DNA of 64,000 nucleotides from an uncultured Candidatus Poseidoniales archaeon (GCA_964009815.1 CAXGJQ010000001.1:5332-69331); one strand, 5' to 3'; shown: positions 10,135-21,186, counted from the first letter of the stretch. Notes: generated by a model from the sequence alone, not told the origin. Numbers and translations: made by a program.

Positions 10135-11520
10135 CTACTTGATGTCAATGCGCGAGCCCCAACGGCCACGAAGTTGAGCTAGGCACGCCTTGGTCATCCA
10201 GACGTTCATGTGAATCATTCCATTTTCCCCACGCTCATCTTCCTCCACCATACCTTGGTCATAAATGGCTGAAACAATGCGTTCGCTGGCGTCCGGATGG
10301 GCGGTGGTTGGAGGATGTATGTGGAGGATGAAGGGTGAACCAAAAAGACGCTCGCGGATGAAGTGTTGAAGTTCCTCAACCCCCTCTCCAGTCATTGAGG
10401 AAAGGGCCACTGGGGCCGGAAAGCCACGTTGAGTGACCAGGTCTGAAACCGCTGCTTGTTGAGCGGGTGTGACTTTGTCAATTTTGGTTAACACGACGTA
10501 AGGGGGTCGGTCATCGTCAAGGCCTTCAGTTTCGTGCTCTTGACGTTCGAGCACCTCTCGCCGGGTGGTTTCCAATTTTCGGGTGACCTCGGGTAATGAG
10601 TCAGAGGTGTCAACCAAAATAAGCGTTAAATCGGCATTTAGTGCTTCAGCAATAGTTGCTTTAAATGCCGCTAAGGTTGCATTTGGTATGTTATCAATAA
10701 ATCCAATGGTGTCGGCCAAGAGAATTCGAGGGCTTTTCTCCATCCGCCCCACCGTGGTCTCCAACGTGGAGAACAATTGGTCCTCAACCAGCACCGGTTT
10801 GCCAGATAAGTGCTGGAAAAGTGAGGACTTTCCTGCGTTGGTGTATCCAACAAACCCGACGGTCATCGCCCCACTGCGAATGCGTTGACGGCGGTGTTCA
10901 CGCTGAGCATTGGCGTGTCGCTTTTGCCGACGACGCAGGTTGGTGAGTTCTCGATTTAGATTCGCAATGACGTTTTGGAGGGCCGTGACACCGCCACCAC
11001 CGTACCCTGCTCGCTCACCGGTTGTTTGTTGTTGAGCAACCTCTCTCAGAATGGTGCGGTCTGACTGAAGCTGTGCGATTCGAACCTGCGTTCTTGCTTC
11101 GACCGAAGAGGCGTGCGCCGTGAACAGGGCGAGGAGAAGACGGACTCGATCCCAAACCTCGACTCCGAGGGCTTGATTGACACCAACGAGTTGACGTGGG
11201 GTAGCATTGGTGTGGATGATGGTCAAATCAACGCCCTCCCAAGGATGCCCGGAAAGTGTGCTCCTGCGCTCGTCGGCGATGTCTTCAAGCCGGCCTTTTC
11301 CAAAGTAGGTGCGTGGGTCAACATGGCCGCTTTGCAAAACGGTTTCAACGATGGTTATGCCCATGGTTTCAGCTAAGGCTCTCAATTCAGTCGTGTCTTC
11401 CGAGCCTCGAACCAAAAGGAGCGCTTTACGGCCCTGGTGATTGGTTCTCGCTTCGCCTAGGACCACGCCTCCGCTTCCCGCCACGACGAATGGGTCATCG
11501 GAAGGCTGAGCCATGCCCAT
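10135..11520 (-). CDS. hflX: GTPase HflX
   Basis: YFGKGRL, WDRVRLLL, GYTNAGKSS (G1), DQLFSTL (G2), DTIG (G3), TKID (G4). Start moved to MGMAQ because the longer ORF overlaps divergent genes. Confidence 0.9.
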   Translation of the reverse strand: MGMAQPSDDPFVVAGSGGVVLGEARTNHQGRKALLLVRGSEDTTELRALAETMGITIVETVLQSGHVDPRTYFGKGRLEDIADERRSTLSGHPWEGVDLTIIHTNATPRQLVGVNQALGVEVWDRVRLLLALFTAHASSVEARTQVRIAQLQSDRTILREVAQQQTTGERAGYGGGGVTALQNVIANLNRELTNLRRRQKRHANAQREHRRQRIRSGAMTVGFVGYTNAGKSSLFQHLSGKPVLVEDQLFSTLETTVGRMEKSPRILLADTIGFIDNIPNATLAAFKATIAEALNADLTLILVDTSDSLPEVTRKLETTRREVLERQEHETEGLDDDRPPYVVLTKIDKVTPAQQAAVSDLVTQRGFPAPVALSSMTGEGVEELQHFIRERLFGSPFILHIHPPTTAHPDASERIVSAIYDQGMVEEDERGENGMIHMNVWMTKACLAQLRGRWGSRIDIK

Positions 11521-11562
11521 CGGGATGGTTAGTCTCATATCAGCCCACCTCAAGGCCCCATC

Positions 11563-11790
11563 ATGACCGAACAGCACGAGATGGAGGTGCGGTGGTCCGG
11601 CGATTCTGCCCTCGGAGAGGCGATGGTTGCAGCGGCCAAGGAACAAGGGTTTGAGGCGGTGCTTCAGACCGAAGAAGCCGAGGTTGAATTGCTCGTGAAA
11701 GTCGTCGACCATGACCTTCAAGCACTTCGCGACCGGGTTGATCACCTCCTCGTGACCCTCAGTGCATTGGAAGAAGCACACAACGGGTGA
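11563..11790 (+). CDS. Small protein, possible KEOPS Pcc1-like subunit
   Basis: 75 aa; C-terminal strand-helix LLVKVVDHDLQALRDRVDHLL resembles Pcc1. Confidence 0.45.
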   Translation: MTEQHEMEVRWSGDSALGEAMVAAAKEQGFEAVLQTEEAEVELLVKVVDHDLQALRDRVDHLLVTLSALEEAHNG

Positions 11791-11794
11791 GGCC

Positions 11795-12154
11795 ATGTCC
11801 AAGACCACTGTCTTGATCGATGCACACTGTGTCATGTGTAACGGCCTAGCCCGGTTTTTGCGCAAGAGGGTGAAGTCATCCGTGGATTTTGAGGTTCATG
11901 GCATTGACTCGGAGGAAGGACAAGCCATCATCGCTTCGTTTCCCGAACGCCTTCAAGCCATGGACACCGTGTATGTCGTTCGAAATGGACGCCCCTATGT
12001 TCGCTCTGCAGGAGCCATTCGCTTGCTGCTGTGCATGCCGTGGTACTATGCCATGTGGTTCCCGTTGGCGTGGTTGGTGCCCCTGCCCGTTCGCGATGCT
12101 GCGTATTGGGTTGTTTCGAAAGTAAGGCACCGTTTTGGACGAATCGACGGTTAG
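11795..12154 (+). CDS. DCC1-like thiol-disulfide oxidoreductase (DUF393)
   Basis: IDAHCVMCN (DxxCxxC), YVRSAGA, PVRDAAYWVVSKVRH. Confidence 0.85.
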   Translation: MSKTTVLIDAHCVMCNGLARFLRKRVKSSVDFEVHGIDSEEGQAIIASFPERLQAMDTVYVVRNGRPYVRSAGAIRLLLCMPWYYAMWFPLAWLVPLPVRDAAYWVVSKVRHRFGRIDG

Positions 12155-12930
12155 ATGTCGAGGTCCAAGACGACCGGTGCGTGGTCGGAAACATCGATGC
12201 CTCCTTGCCGTACGATGGTGCAGTCAACCATGGCCTCGGCCGCAGCAGGATTGAGGAGGAAATAGTCAATGCGCCAGCCTCGGTCTTTTGCTCGAGCCTG
12301 TCCACGGTTTGACCACCAAGAGTATACCTTGGCGCCATCCCCAACCTTGTGACGGAAGGCGTCAAGCCATCCATCGGCCAACAAATCGGAGAACCAAGCT
12401 CGTTCGTGGGGCAAGAATCCGGAATTTCGAGCGTTGCCTTTCGGATTCCAAATATCGTCCTCAGTGTGGGCGATGTTGAGGTCCCCGCAAACGACGACGG
12501 GGCGGGCATCGTCCAAATAGGGCCGAATGAATTGCCGCCATTCTTCCATCCAACCTTCCTTGAACGTCTGACGTTCATCTTTGTTGGAACCGCTTGGAAG
12601 GTACGTGTTGACGCAGACAACCCCGTTGACTTCGCATACTAAGACGCGCCCTTCGCCATCATTCGGGTCAAAAACTCCGCCTTTTCCCTTGGCCACCACG
12701 GCGTGGGCTTGAGTCGAGGCAGTCGCTACACCAGAATATCCCTTCTTTTCAGCAGGGTGGAGGGTGACGTCCCAGCCCGTCGGCCAAGCCCAATCCTTGG
12801 GCAATTGTTCTTCCAAAGTTCGTGTTTCCTGAAGCATCACCACATCCGCTTTGAGGTCCTCAAAATAACCGTCGATTCCTTTTCGGATCGCCGCTCGAAG
12901 CCCGTTTACGTTCCAAGAAACAAAGCGCAT
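12151..12930 (-). CDS. xth: Exodeoxyribonuclease III / AP endonuclease
   Basis: SWNVNGLR, LQET, GYSGVA, GDLNIAH, YSWW, GWRIDY, SDHAP. Confidence 0.95.
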   Translation of the reverse strand: MRFVSWNVNGLRAAIRKGIDGYFEDLKADVVMLQETRTLEEQLPKDWAWPTGWDVTLHPAEKKGYSGVATASTQAHAVVAKGKGGVFDPNDGEGRVLVCEVNGVVCVNTYLPSGSNKDERQTFKEGWMEEWRQFIRPYLDDARPVVVCGDLNIAHTEDDIWNPKGNARNSGFLPHERAWFSDLLADGWLDAFRHKVGDGAKVYSWWSNRGQARAKDRGWRIDYFLLNPAAAEAMVDCTIVRQGGIDVSDHAPVVLDLDI

Positions 12931-12963
12931 GAATGACGGTCAACGGTGAAGGTGAATAAGGAT

Positions 12964-14049
12964 TCAAGCAATGTTCTGTCCGCATTTCCGTCCTGTTTCT
13001 GCAGCTGCATCGGCCAATTCATGGTCAGAGGCGACCCATTCCCCAGCCAGGAGAATGCCGTTGGAAACATAAGCGTCATACGCCGGTTTCTTCCCTTTCG
13101 TCTGAACGACGATGTTCTCTTGGCGCCGTTCGTGGAGCACGTGATGTTGCCACCCTTTGGCGTGTTGCTCAAGGAAGTGCTCAAAGCGAATGGCGCGCGC
13201 TTCTTTTGTTTCATTCTCTTGTTCCACCATAACCGCTGAAAGAAAGGCTCCTTGCAACCCTAATCGTGGTTGGATGTTGGCGAGGTCTAGCATGTACGCC
13301 CCCTCGTGGGCATCGATGATGCCGTGTTTTTCACCGAGTGGACGAGAGGTCAAGGTGGCATCCAGGGTACTGGCTCGAACGGGGGAAATTCCAGAAAGGG
13401 CTTTCTCGTCTACCGAACGCAACAAGCGTTGGGCTTGCGATTTGCCACAAGCAAGAACGACGATGTCGCTGTCAAATGTTCGTCCGTCTTTCAGCGACAC
13501 GCGTCCATTTTCAACGGTGTCGACTTGGCAGTGAGCTTCGATGAGCACGCCCACTTCATCCAGTGCAGCGGCCATTCTTCCAACGACTCCCGCCCATCCT
13601 TCACCAATCACCGCCAATCGACCTTTTTGCAGCGCCGTGTACCGGCCATCAAACCGTTGAACACCTGAGCCTGCGACAAGAGCGGCCCCCCGGGCGGCTG
13701 GGGATGAAGGGTCAGCTTGCTTGAGTGCGCGTCGAAGTTGAGCAGCGAGGCGGATGTTGTTTCTCGGTCGGAGCGGCCCAACACCGACCACGTGAAGGTG
13801 GTCAAGTCGAGGGTTGGAAAGGACCATCCGTAAACGGCTAATCTTCCGAACCACCTTCATCAACGGTCCTCGTTGATGGAGCAAGTGCAGCCCATAACCA
13901 AACGGAGCACCATCCACGGTTTGGGACGTCGCCCGCCCCCCGATGCGGTCAGTCCGGTCAAGGACCACCACGTGATGGCCAGCAGTCACCGCATACAAAG
14001 CGGTGGTCAGGCCTGCGATGCCCGCGCCAACCACCGTAACACGAACCAT
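12964..14049 (-). CDS. FAD-dependent oxidoreductase (amine oxidase/phytoene desaturase-like)
   Basis: VVGAGIAGL, IGGRA, C-terminal LAGEW. Confidence 0.75.
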   Translation of the reverse strand: MVRVTVVGAGIAGLTTALYAVTAGHHVVVLDRTDRIGGRATSQTVDGAPFGYGLHLLHQRGPLMKVVRKISRLRMVLSNPRLDHLHVVGVGPLRPRNNIRLAAQLRRALKQADPSSPAARGAALVAGSGVQRFDGRYTALQKGRLAVIGEGWAGVVGRMAAALDEVGVLIEAHCQVDTVENGRVSLKDGRTFDSDIVVLACGKSQAQRLLRSVDEKALSGISPVRASTLDATLTSRPLGEKHGIIDAHEGAYMLDLANIQPRLGLQGAFLSAVMVEQENETKEARAIRFEHFLEQHAKGWQHHVLHERRQENIVVQTKGKKPAYDAYVSNGILLAGEWVASDHELADAAAETGRKCGQNIA

Positions 14050-14124
14050 GACACTCGCATGGGGTGCGCATCAAAAGGTCGTTGGAAGGGGTGCTTTGAA
14101 GAGGTAGCCCACACTCCAATCATC

Positions 14125-15069
14125 ATGGCCGATGCACCGCTCTTGCCTCACGACCGTGGGCATGAATTGTGGACCATGGAAGAAGGTGCGAGCCGAAAAC
14201 TCACAGCCAGCATTGACCGATGGGTTGGAGCCATGGTTGGTGATGATGGAATTGACATGCCCCTCTCGGGCGGTGGACCATCCGTTGAAGCCACAGTATT
14301 TGCTCGCCAAGACGGTTTGGTCGTCGGGTGTGCGGTCGTTGATTACCTGCTGCAGATTTGGGCACCATCGGTTCGCGTTTCATGGTTTGCAGGAGACGGG
14401 AAGCGCGTGTCATCTGGCGATGAAATCGCCATGTTCTCAGGGACAAGCGAAGATGTGCTGGCCGTCGAACGTCTTGCACTCAACGTACTGGGTCAACTCT
14501 CCGGCATTGCGACTGAGACAAAACGCTGGTCGTCCATCGCTCCAAAACAAATTGCTTGCACGCGCAAAACCATTTGGGGGCTCCTCGATAAGTGGGCAGT
14601 TCACATGGGTGGAGGATTGACGCACCGACTTTCAAAAGACGATGCGGTGATGATCAAGGAGAACGATTTGGCCAGCATGCATGACCACCTCGAGACCCAT
14701 GCAGAACGGCTCGTCACCTATTTGCAAGACGTTGATCCCAACGAAGTGGGCGCCTTCCTTGAGGTTGAAACCAGGACCGAAAAGGAAGCGTTGATGGCCG
14801 CTATGGTCTGGTCTCAGCGCCGTTCTGACTTGACCGTCCCCCGTCTGGTCATCATGTTGGATAATTTCTCTCCTGAGCAATGCAAAACCGTGAATGAACA
14901 GATGGAAGACCAAGGCATCCGAGACCACGTGGTGCTGGAAGCCAGTGGAGGCATTGTCTTTGATGAACTGAAGTCATGGCACGAGTGTGGGTTGGACGTT
15001 GTGTCCACCAGTGCCGTCAACCGGGGCGTTGCTCCACTCGACATGAGCATGCTCGTCAAAGGCCTGTGA
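14125..15069 (+). CDS. nadC: Nicotinate-nucleotide pyrophosphorylase (quinolinate phosphoribosyltransferase)
   Basis: ERLALN, SGIAT, CTRKT, HRL, MIKENH-like (MIKEND), IMLDN, EASGG; start set at MADAP. Confidence 0.88.
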   Translation: MADAPLLPHDRGHELWTMEEGASRKLTASIDRWVGAMVGDDGIDMPLSGGGPSVEATVFARQDGLVVGCAVVDYLLQIWAPSVRVSWFAGDGKRVSSGDEIAMFSGTSEDVLAVERLALNVLGQLSGIATETKRWSSIAPKQIACTRKTIWGLLDKWAVHMGGGLTHRLSKDDAVMIKENDLASMHDHLETHAERLVTYLQDVDPNEVGAFLEVETRTEKEALMAAMVWSQRRSDLTVPRLVIMLDNFSPEQCKTVNEQMEDQGIRDHVVLEASGGIVFDELKSWHECGLDVVSTSAVNRGVAPLDMSMLVKGL

Positions 15070-15081
15070 GGTGGCGGTACC

Positions 15082-15831
15082 ATGGACGACATCGCGGCCG
15101 ACCCAAGTCATCCACGGTATGCTTCGCTGCTGATGCGTCATCGTCTTGAGGTCGCCGCAGAAAAAGGCATGTTGGCCGGGAGCGCCATGATTGCACACGG
15201 TCGTGGAGAAGCGTTTGATTATCTCCTTGGTGAGCGAACAACCGCCAGTGCTTTGCAAGCAAGTCGCCAAGCGCTGGCCACCTTGCAAGCTGCGAAGAAG
15301 CCGGTGTTGAGCATCAACGGAAACGTTGCTGCCCTAGCCTGTGATGAAATGTTACGGTTGGCTAATGCATTGTCGTGTGCTGTTGAAGTCAACATCTTCT
15401 ATCGCACTCCGGAGAGGATGAAAGCGATCCTCGACCACATGAACGAGCGGAAACATGTCCTCGGCGTGGAGGTTCCCGTGCTCGGGCACGCCCCAGATGC
15501 TCGCATCCCTGGGTTGAAAGGGCCGCGAGCCGCATGCCATCGCGATGGCATTCTCGAGAGCGATGCCATTCTCGTTCCATTGGAGGATGGAGACCGGTGC
15601 CAAGCCCTGGTCGCCATGGGCAAAGAAGTGATTGTCATCGACCTCAACCCACTTTCACGGTCGGCTCAGCAAGCAACCATAACCATTGTTGACGAACTTT
15701 CACGTGCACTTGGCAACATGCTGGACTTCGCTGCGTCGGAAGGAACGCTGGAAGTCGATTCCGACTACAACCACATCACGGTGCTTGAGGAAGGTGTGAA
15801 CGAGATGCTCAACGCTTTCAAGCGAACCTGA
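15082..15831 (+). CDS. Archaeal phosphopantothenate synthetase (COG1701)
   Basis: SHPRYASL, IAHGRGEAFDYLLGE, NGN, EVNIFYRT, VPLEDGDR, IDLNPLSR. Confidence 0.92.
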   Translation: MDDIAADPSHPRYASLLMRHRLEVAAEKGMLAGSAMIAHGRGEAFDYLLGERTTASALQASRQALATLQAAKKPVLSINGNVAALACDEMLRLANALSCAVEVNIFYRTPERMKAILDHMNERKHVLGVEVPVLGHAPDARIPGLKGPRAACHRDGILESDAILVPLEDGDRCQALVAMGKEVIVIDLNPLSRSAQQATITIVDELSRALGNMLDFAASEGTLEVDSDYNHITVLEEGVNEMLNAFKRT

Positions 15832-15832
15832 A

Positions 15833-17014
15833 TCAGCGTTCCTTGAGTTTGTCCGCTAATCGGTTCGCAATGCTGATCCCAACGTCTGAGCAGGAAGTTG
15901 TTCCGCCGAGGTCGTAGGTGAGGGAGGTGCCGGCCTTGAGGTGCTCCGCCACGCTTTCATCAATGAGTCCTCCAATAGCAACAAGGTCATCGTCGTTGGT
16001 CTTTCGACCAAGGTAATCCATCATCATCTGGATTGAATTGATCGAAGCGATGGGGTTGACTTTGTTTTGGCCTGCGTGCTTGGGTGCAGAGCCATGTACG
16101 GGCTCAAAGAAAGCGTGGTGGTCTCCGATGTTTCCGGAAGCGGCCATGCCCATGCCCCCTTGTAAAACGGCACCGAGGTCGGTAGAAATATCTCCAAACA
16201 TGTTCGAGGTAACCACCGTGTCGTAGTGTTCAGGTGAACGGGTAATCCACTGCATGAAGGCGTCAATGTATCCGTAATCCGCTTCCGTGCCGGGGTATTG
16301 AGCGGCGACTTCATCAAAGGTGGAACGGAAGAGTTGGCACCCTCGGGTAACATTGGATTTGTCAATGCACGACACGCGTCGGACGCCGTCAGCGGGTGCG
16401 CCGTTTCGCGTTTCAGCGATCTCGAAGCCCATGCGAATCAAGCGTTCAGAGCCATTCTTTGAGATGGGGCGTGGGTCGTAGGCAACCTCGCCATCAAGGC
16501 CAGGGAAGGTCATTGGTTCAGGCTCGTATTCGGGGCGTCCCTGGGCGCGGTCGGCTGAGCGTCGCAAAAGAGCATGGTACAAACCTTCGGTGTTTTCTCG
16601 GAGGATGGTCATGTCCACCATGCCAGGTTCCCAAATTTGACGGAATCCGCCGTGAATTTTGTGTGGAACTCCTTCGTAGAGCTTGATGGGGCGGACATTG
16701 GCGTACAAATCCAGTCCGCTCCTCAAACCGAGAATGACCGAACCGCCTGCCAAGTCGCCGTTGGGCAACCGTGCACCGGGATATCCGATGGCACCAAGGA
16801 ATATCGCATCGGTTTCATTCTTGCAGAGGTCGAATGAACCTTCGGCCCATTCTTCACCGGTGGCGAGGTAATGCTCTCCTCCACAGGGAATCACCGTTTG
16901 CTCAAATCCGTGATTTGAATGCGCTTGGATGGTGTCCAAGATGCGTTGCGCTTCCAAGGCAACTTCTCGTCCCGTCCCGTCGCCTGGCAGAACCGTGATG
17001 CGATGGTCACTCAT
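15833..17014 (-). CDS. Isocitrate/isopropylmalate (homoisocitrate) dehydrogenase family
   Basis: [48 protein letters not shown]. Confidence 0.9.
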   Translation of the reverse strand: MSDHRITVLPGDGTGREVALEAQRILDTIQAHSNHGFEQTVIPCGGEHYLATGEEWAEGSFDLCKNETDAIFLGAIGYPGARLPNGDLAGGSVILGLRSGLDLYANVRPIKLYEGVPHKIHGGFRQIWEPGMVDMTILRENTEGLYHALLRRSADRAQGRPEYEPEPMTFPGLDGEVAYDPRPISKNGSERLIRMGFEIAETRNGAPADGVRRVSCIDKSNVTRGCQLFRSTFDEVAAQYPGTEADYGYIDAFMQWITRSPEHYDTVVTSNMFGDISTDLGAVLQGGMGMAASGNIGDHHAFFEPVHGSAPKHAGQNKVNPIASINSIQMMMDYLGRKTNDDDLVAIGGLIDESVAEHLKAGTSLTYDLGGTTSCSDVGISIANRLADKLKER

Positions 17015-17188
17015 GCCTTGGCGCACATGGCGCTTCTACATGAACGCGACCCTCGTGAAGTGAAGAAAATTTGACTCGAAACGGAGAGGTTTTGGGATGA
17101 ATTACCGGTGGATGATTGACTGAAAATCAATCGGTTTCAGGATTTGAGAAGGGCATGCTTCATAGGCTGTCAAGTGGGAAGATTGTCC

Positions 17189-17839
17189 ATGGCAGACGAG
17201 CACAAAAACGAGCAGGAACGCCGTGTCTCCGTTGATGACATGCCTGCCGAAGTGCGCCAGCTCGCCGACGCCATGCTCGGAGTCAATCCACAATGGAACG
17301 TTCATGATTGGCTGGTCGAACAAGCCAACTTGTCGATGGATTTGTTGGCGCTTGATTTGCTCCGTGAAAAAGTGATGATCGACCAGCGGTTACAACGCTT
17401 GGATGACCTCGGACGCCGTCTTGAAAGCGATGAAAAGAGCGAACCTCTTGATGAGGACCCGAACCAGCGTAACCTCTTCGATTGTTTTGACCTGAACGAG
17501 GAACACGCCCTTCGAGGGCTCGGAGAGCGCGCCACAGAACCCGTCAATTCCACTCCATTAAACGGAGAAGAACATCACCCTTCCAACATCTTCCTCGACC
17601 TGTTGCCAAACGCCAACACCGATGACCCGCTGTTGGCCATCGCCTGCCAATCGGTCATCATCAGTATTGAGCTTGAAGTCGCAAAGGGTGAGCCTTTGGC
17701 CACCTTACAAGCCATTTTTGCCCACACCCGCGCCTCGAACATCGACGACAGTGAAACCGACGAAGCCTTGGACCATCTCCTCACCACAGGGATGGTCATC
17801 GAAGTTGACGACGATTGTTTCATTTTGCTCCCACCTTAA
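17189..17839 (+). CDS. Hypothetical acidic protein with a coiled coil and possible C-terminal winged helix
   Basis: Long ORF filling the gap between neighbours; DEALDHLLTTGMVIEVDD ending. Confidence 0.6.
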   Translation: MADEHKNEQERRVSVDDMPAEVRQLADAMLGVNPQWNVHDWLVEQANLSMDLLALDLLREKVMIDQRLQRLDDLGRRLESDEKSEPLDEDPNQRNLFDCFDLNEEHALRGLGERATEPVNSTPLNGEEHHPSNIFLDLLPNANTDDPLLAIACQSVIISIELEVAKGEPLATLQAIFAHTRASNIDDSETDEALDHLLTTGMVIEVDDDCFILLPP

Positions 17840-17898
17840 TGGGGAGCCCGTAGCAGTCCCAACAACGGGCTTTAGTCTACAAGAGCGTATGTTTCAGT

Positions 17899-18507
17899 AT
17901 GGGAATAGTAAGATCGGTCTTCTGGGGAGGCATGACGTGGTTTTCAGCAATGGCCATGATGGTGCATCCTGAAACGGCTTTGGGATTAGCAATCGTGGTG
18001 GCTTTCTTATCGGAATCTGCTCACCACAGCGCAGAATTAAATCGAATGGAACGAGGCGGGCGTCAACTCGCTTCTGAATTGCGACAAGCCAATGAACACG
18101 TTGAGAATCTACGACGTGCCCTGACGCATCGCCACATGGAATTGAACAACGCCATCGAAGAACTTCATCGGCGAGATGCGGTTGGAAGCCCGGCCGCCCG
18201 AGAATTGCTGAAGCGGCAAGAGGAAGCCATGACAGCAGCGTCCACTGCCCTTGAAACAAGGCAAGAGCAAAACGACGTGGTGTTCAACAGCATGGAGCGA
18301 CTCTTGAACATGCAAGTTGAACAAACCGCGAACATGCAGCGAGCGATGAGCGATCTTCTTCAACATCTCATTTCCCAACCACGAGGACACTTTACCATGA
18401 GTGACAGTGTTGTGGTTCAGGAGCAAAGAAATCAAGACACTGGCCTTTCTGAAACCTTCAATCTCATCAATGAGTGGTTGGATGCCGAAGCGGTATCTTC
18501 ACCATGA
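17899..18507 (+). CDS. Hypothetical membrane-anchored coiled-coil protein
   Basis: Hydrophobic N-terminus followed by E/Q/R heptad-rich helices. Confidence 0.6.
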   Translation: MGIVRSVFWGGMTWFSAMAMMVHPETALGLAIVVAFLSESAHHSAELNRMERGGRQLASELRQANEHVENLRRALTHRHMELNNAIEELHRRDAVGSPAARELLKRQEEAMTAASTALETRQEQNDVVFNSMERLLNMQVEQTANMQRAMSDLLQHLISQPRGHFTMSDSVVVQEQRNQDTGLSETFNLINEWLDAEAVSSP

Positions 18508-18526
18508 GGACAGCACTGCGTGAAGC

Positions 18527-18838
18527 ATGGGAAGCAAAAAGGAAGGTGCTCAGCGTGTGCTCGACGCCCATGCTTCTTCATTGAAGGTCAAGGGGCGATT
18601 GGTGCCCGTCGCCGTCGGCATTCTTGCCATTGGGCTCGTTGTCGCCTATCTCACTCGATGGGAATTCGGCCTTGCCACTGTTTTGATGTGTGGGTTGCTT
18701 TTCCAGTACGCCGTCGAACGGATGAACACCCTCCTCGAAGCAAGCATCGCTAATGGCCTCAAGGACATGGGGTGGGAGCAACCGGACGAATTGGATGAGA
18801 AAACGCTGAGCAAAATCAGAACCATCGCAGAAAAATAG
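18527..18838 (+). CDS. Hypothetical two-TM membrane protein
   Basis: Two hydrophobic segments; abuts the next gene. Confidence 0.6.
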   Translation: MGSKKEGAQRVLDAHASSLKVKGRLVPVAVGILAIGLVVAYLTRWEFGLATVLMCGLLFQYAVERMNTLLEASIANGLKDMGWEQPDELDEKTLSKIRTIAEK

Positions 18839-19564
18839 GTGGAGAACGTGTCTGGGAACAAAGAATTGGTTGAGCAATTCTTCGTGCAGGAGCGAAAAAA
18901 ACACCGACGCATGGTCGTGCTCCTCTGGATCACGGCTGGAATTGGCGACCTGTTTGCTATCGTTGCGTGGCTCGAAGGCGTTGAAATCAGTCGCATACTC
19001 CGAGGATTGGTCGTTCTCGGCGGTTTCGCTTTCGTGATGATGTGGTTGAGTTTACACCAGAAAAAGACATTGCAGGGCCGGTTGAGTGCATTGCTGGCCA
19101 GCATTGAATTTGGCTGGGAAGAATTCCACGGATTGGACCTGAACTCAACAGAAGCTGACCATCTGCACATCGCCTTCGCCGCCACCACCCTTGGGCGTAC
19201 CACGACCAATGAATCCTACCTTCGAACACGGGGGGGTGATGAGAAAGGACCAGCTTTTGACAAGACGGAAGCGGCCATCAAGCCCGGCAAACAACGCGTG
19301 GACCCTCAACTCCACGAGGAAGATTACCTGGGCCTCGAGGGAGACCTCCGAGTGGCCGAGCAACTGGTTGAAGAAGCCAATCAACAGTATGCTGACGAAG
19401 CGCAGCGGCTATGGGACATCGCCGAAGCACGGGACATGGACAACATCGAAGCAGGCGTAGAGCGACTTGGAGATTTGGTAGCGACAGGTTGGTTTGAGCG
19501 GAACGCCAAGGATGGAGCTGTTGAGGAACTGATGAATTCACATCTCAAAGATGAGCCCCTATAA
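18839..19564 (+). CDS. Hypothetical two-TM protein with an acidic C-terminal domain
   Basis: GTG start directly after the upstream TAG; two TM segments. Confidence 0.6.
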   Translation: MENVSGNKELVEQFFVQERKKHRRMVVLLWITAGIGDLFAIVAWLEGVEISRILRGLVVLGGFAFVMMWLSLHQKKTLQGRLSALLASIEFGWEEFHGLDLNSTEADHLHIAFAATTLGRTTTNESYLRTRGGDEKGPAFDKTEAAIKPGKQRVDPQLHEEDYLGLEGDLRVAEQLVEEANQQYADEAQRLWDIAEARDMDNIEAGVERLGDLVATGWFERNAKDGAVEELMNSHLKDEPL

Positions 19565-19599
19565 GCATCTTCTAAAGCCGTCGCTCAGCACTTCGGTTT

Positions 19600-20346
19600 A
19601 TGACGGTGAAAGCCATCCTCGTTGCGGGAGGGTACGGTTCACGCCTTCATCCATTTACCCATTACACACAAAAAACGCTCCTCCCGCTTTACGAACGCCC
19701 CGTCATCGACTACACCTTGGGGACCATCCGTCGGGCAGGCATCAAAGACATCACCATCATCTCCAACCAATTCGTTGGCCAAATCACAAAGCACATCGGC
19801 CAAGGGCTTCCCGGTGAACGAATCCATTACGTCATTGAAGAGGAGCCGTTGGGGGTCGCCCACGCCTTGAATTTAGCACGGCCCTACAACAAAGATTCGC
19901 GATTGATGGTCTATTTTTCCGACAACATCACGACCCTTGAATTCAAAGAACACGTGTCGGCGTTTGAACAGGCCAAAGAGCCCCCTGGGTGCCTCCTCAT
20001 CGCCCGCGAAGAGCCAAATCCACAGGCGTTTGGGGTCGCTGTTTTGGACGAAGAAGGTTCGATTTGTGATATCGTTGAAAAACCAAACAACCCACCTTCC
20101 AATCTAGCCATTGGGGGAATTTACATGTTTGATGAAAATTTTTGGCAGTACCTTGACCGCACTGTTGATCAACTCGGCGATGCTTTTTCCATTTCAGACA
20201 TCACGCGAATCTACGTCAAAGCAGGACTGGCTGAGGTGCTTTCAGTTGGAACGGAAACCTGGGTCGACTGTGGAACTCCCGAGGCCCTTCTGCAAGCATC
20301 GCAAATGGCGAAGGATGGAAAATTAGACCCAACCCCCCACCGTTGA
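19600..20346 (+). CDS. Glucose-1-phosphate thymidylyltransferase-like nucleotidyltransferase
   Basis: ILVAGGYGSRLHP, KTLLPLYERP, PLGVAHA, VEKP, WVDCGT. Confidence 0.88.
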   Translation: MTVKAILVAGGYGSRLHPFTHYTQKTLLPLYERPVIDYTLGTIRRAGIKDITIISNQFVGQITKHIGQGLPGERIHYVIEEEPLGVAHALNLARPYNKDSRLMVYFSDNITTLEFKEHVSAFEQAKEPPGCLLIAREEPNPQAFGVAVLDEEGSICDIVEKPNNPPSNLAIGGIYMFDENFWQYLDRTVDQLGDAFSISDITRIYVKAGLAEVLSVGTETWVDCGTPEALLQASQMAKDGKLDPTPHR

Positions 20347-20361
20347 ACTGGAGCATTGAAC

Positions 20362-21186
20362 ATGAAAATCGGAATCATTGGAGCAGGCATGGTTGGAGGA
20401 GCCATTGAACATTGTTTTGCCCATGCCCACGAATTGTTTGTTCACGACCCTGCAAGAGGGACTGAACTGAACCAAGTTATTGACAACGTGGACATGGCCT
20501 ACATCGCTGTTCCAACTCCTCCCCATCCCGAAACAGGAGCCTGTGACACCCGCATCGTTGAAGAGGTGCTCGATGCTTTACCAGATGGATTCACGGCCGT
20601 CATCAAAAGCACCGTTGTGCCTGGAACAACGCAACAATACCACGAACGGTACAGCCATTTGAAGATCGCCTACTCGCCTGAATTTTTGGTGGAGCGGCAG
20701 CGCCTCGAAGATTTTGCCAACCAAGACATCTTGGTCGTAGGGACGCACCACAAGGAAGTGGCAGAAACCGTGTTCCAGCACCACAAGGAAGCCGGTGTTC
20801 TGCGCAAAGAGCAACTGTTCCAAGTAACCCCTACGCAGGCGGAACTGGTGAAGTACACCAAGAACACCTTCTATGCCCTCAAAGTCACCTTTGCCAACCA
20901 AATGTACGACATTTGCCAGGGAATGGGCGAAGATTGGTACGCCATTCGGGACATCATCACCGCTGACCAAGCGCAGCCCATCGGTCCATCGCACCTCGAC
21001 CCAATCTTCGGTCTACGCCGAGGGTTTGGAGGAAAATGCCTCCCCAAGGACAGTTCTGCCCTCGGTGTTCTCGCTGGTGAGCTGGGAGTCAAATATGCCA
21101 TCATGGACGCCATGCAGACCGACAATGAGGCGCTGCGAGCTATGCTAACTGGGAAACCCAGTGATGTGGTGACCAATGACGACTGA
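20362..21186 (+). CDS. UDP-glucose/GDP-mannose dehydrogenase family, short form
   Basis: [43 protein letters not shown]; ends soon after the catalytic Cys. Confidence 0.85.
   Translation: MKIGIIGAGMVGGAIEHCFAHAHELFVHDPARGTELNQVIDNVDMAYIAVPTPPHPETGACDTRIVEEVLDALPDGFTAVIKSTVVPGTTQQYHERYSHLKIAYSPEFLVERQRLEDFANQDILVVGTHHKEVAETVFQHHKEAGVLRKEQLFQVTPTQAELVKYTKNTFYALKVTFANQMYDICQGMGEDWYAIRDIITADQAQPIGPSHLDPIFGLRRGFGGKCLPKDSSALGVLAGELGVKYAIMDAMQTDNEALRAMLTGKPSDVVTNDD

Noticed and set aside
11521..11865. N-terminal extension of HflX in the ORF track (576 aa)
   Set aside because: It overlaps two plausible plus-strand genes and has no HflX-like character; the start is more likely at 11520 or 11514.
13873..14124. 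N-terminal extension of nadC
   Set aside because: It overlaps the divergent oxidoreductase; the true start is likely 14125.
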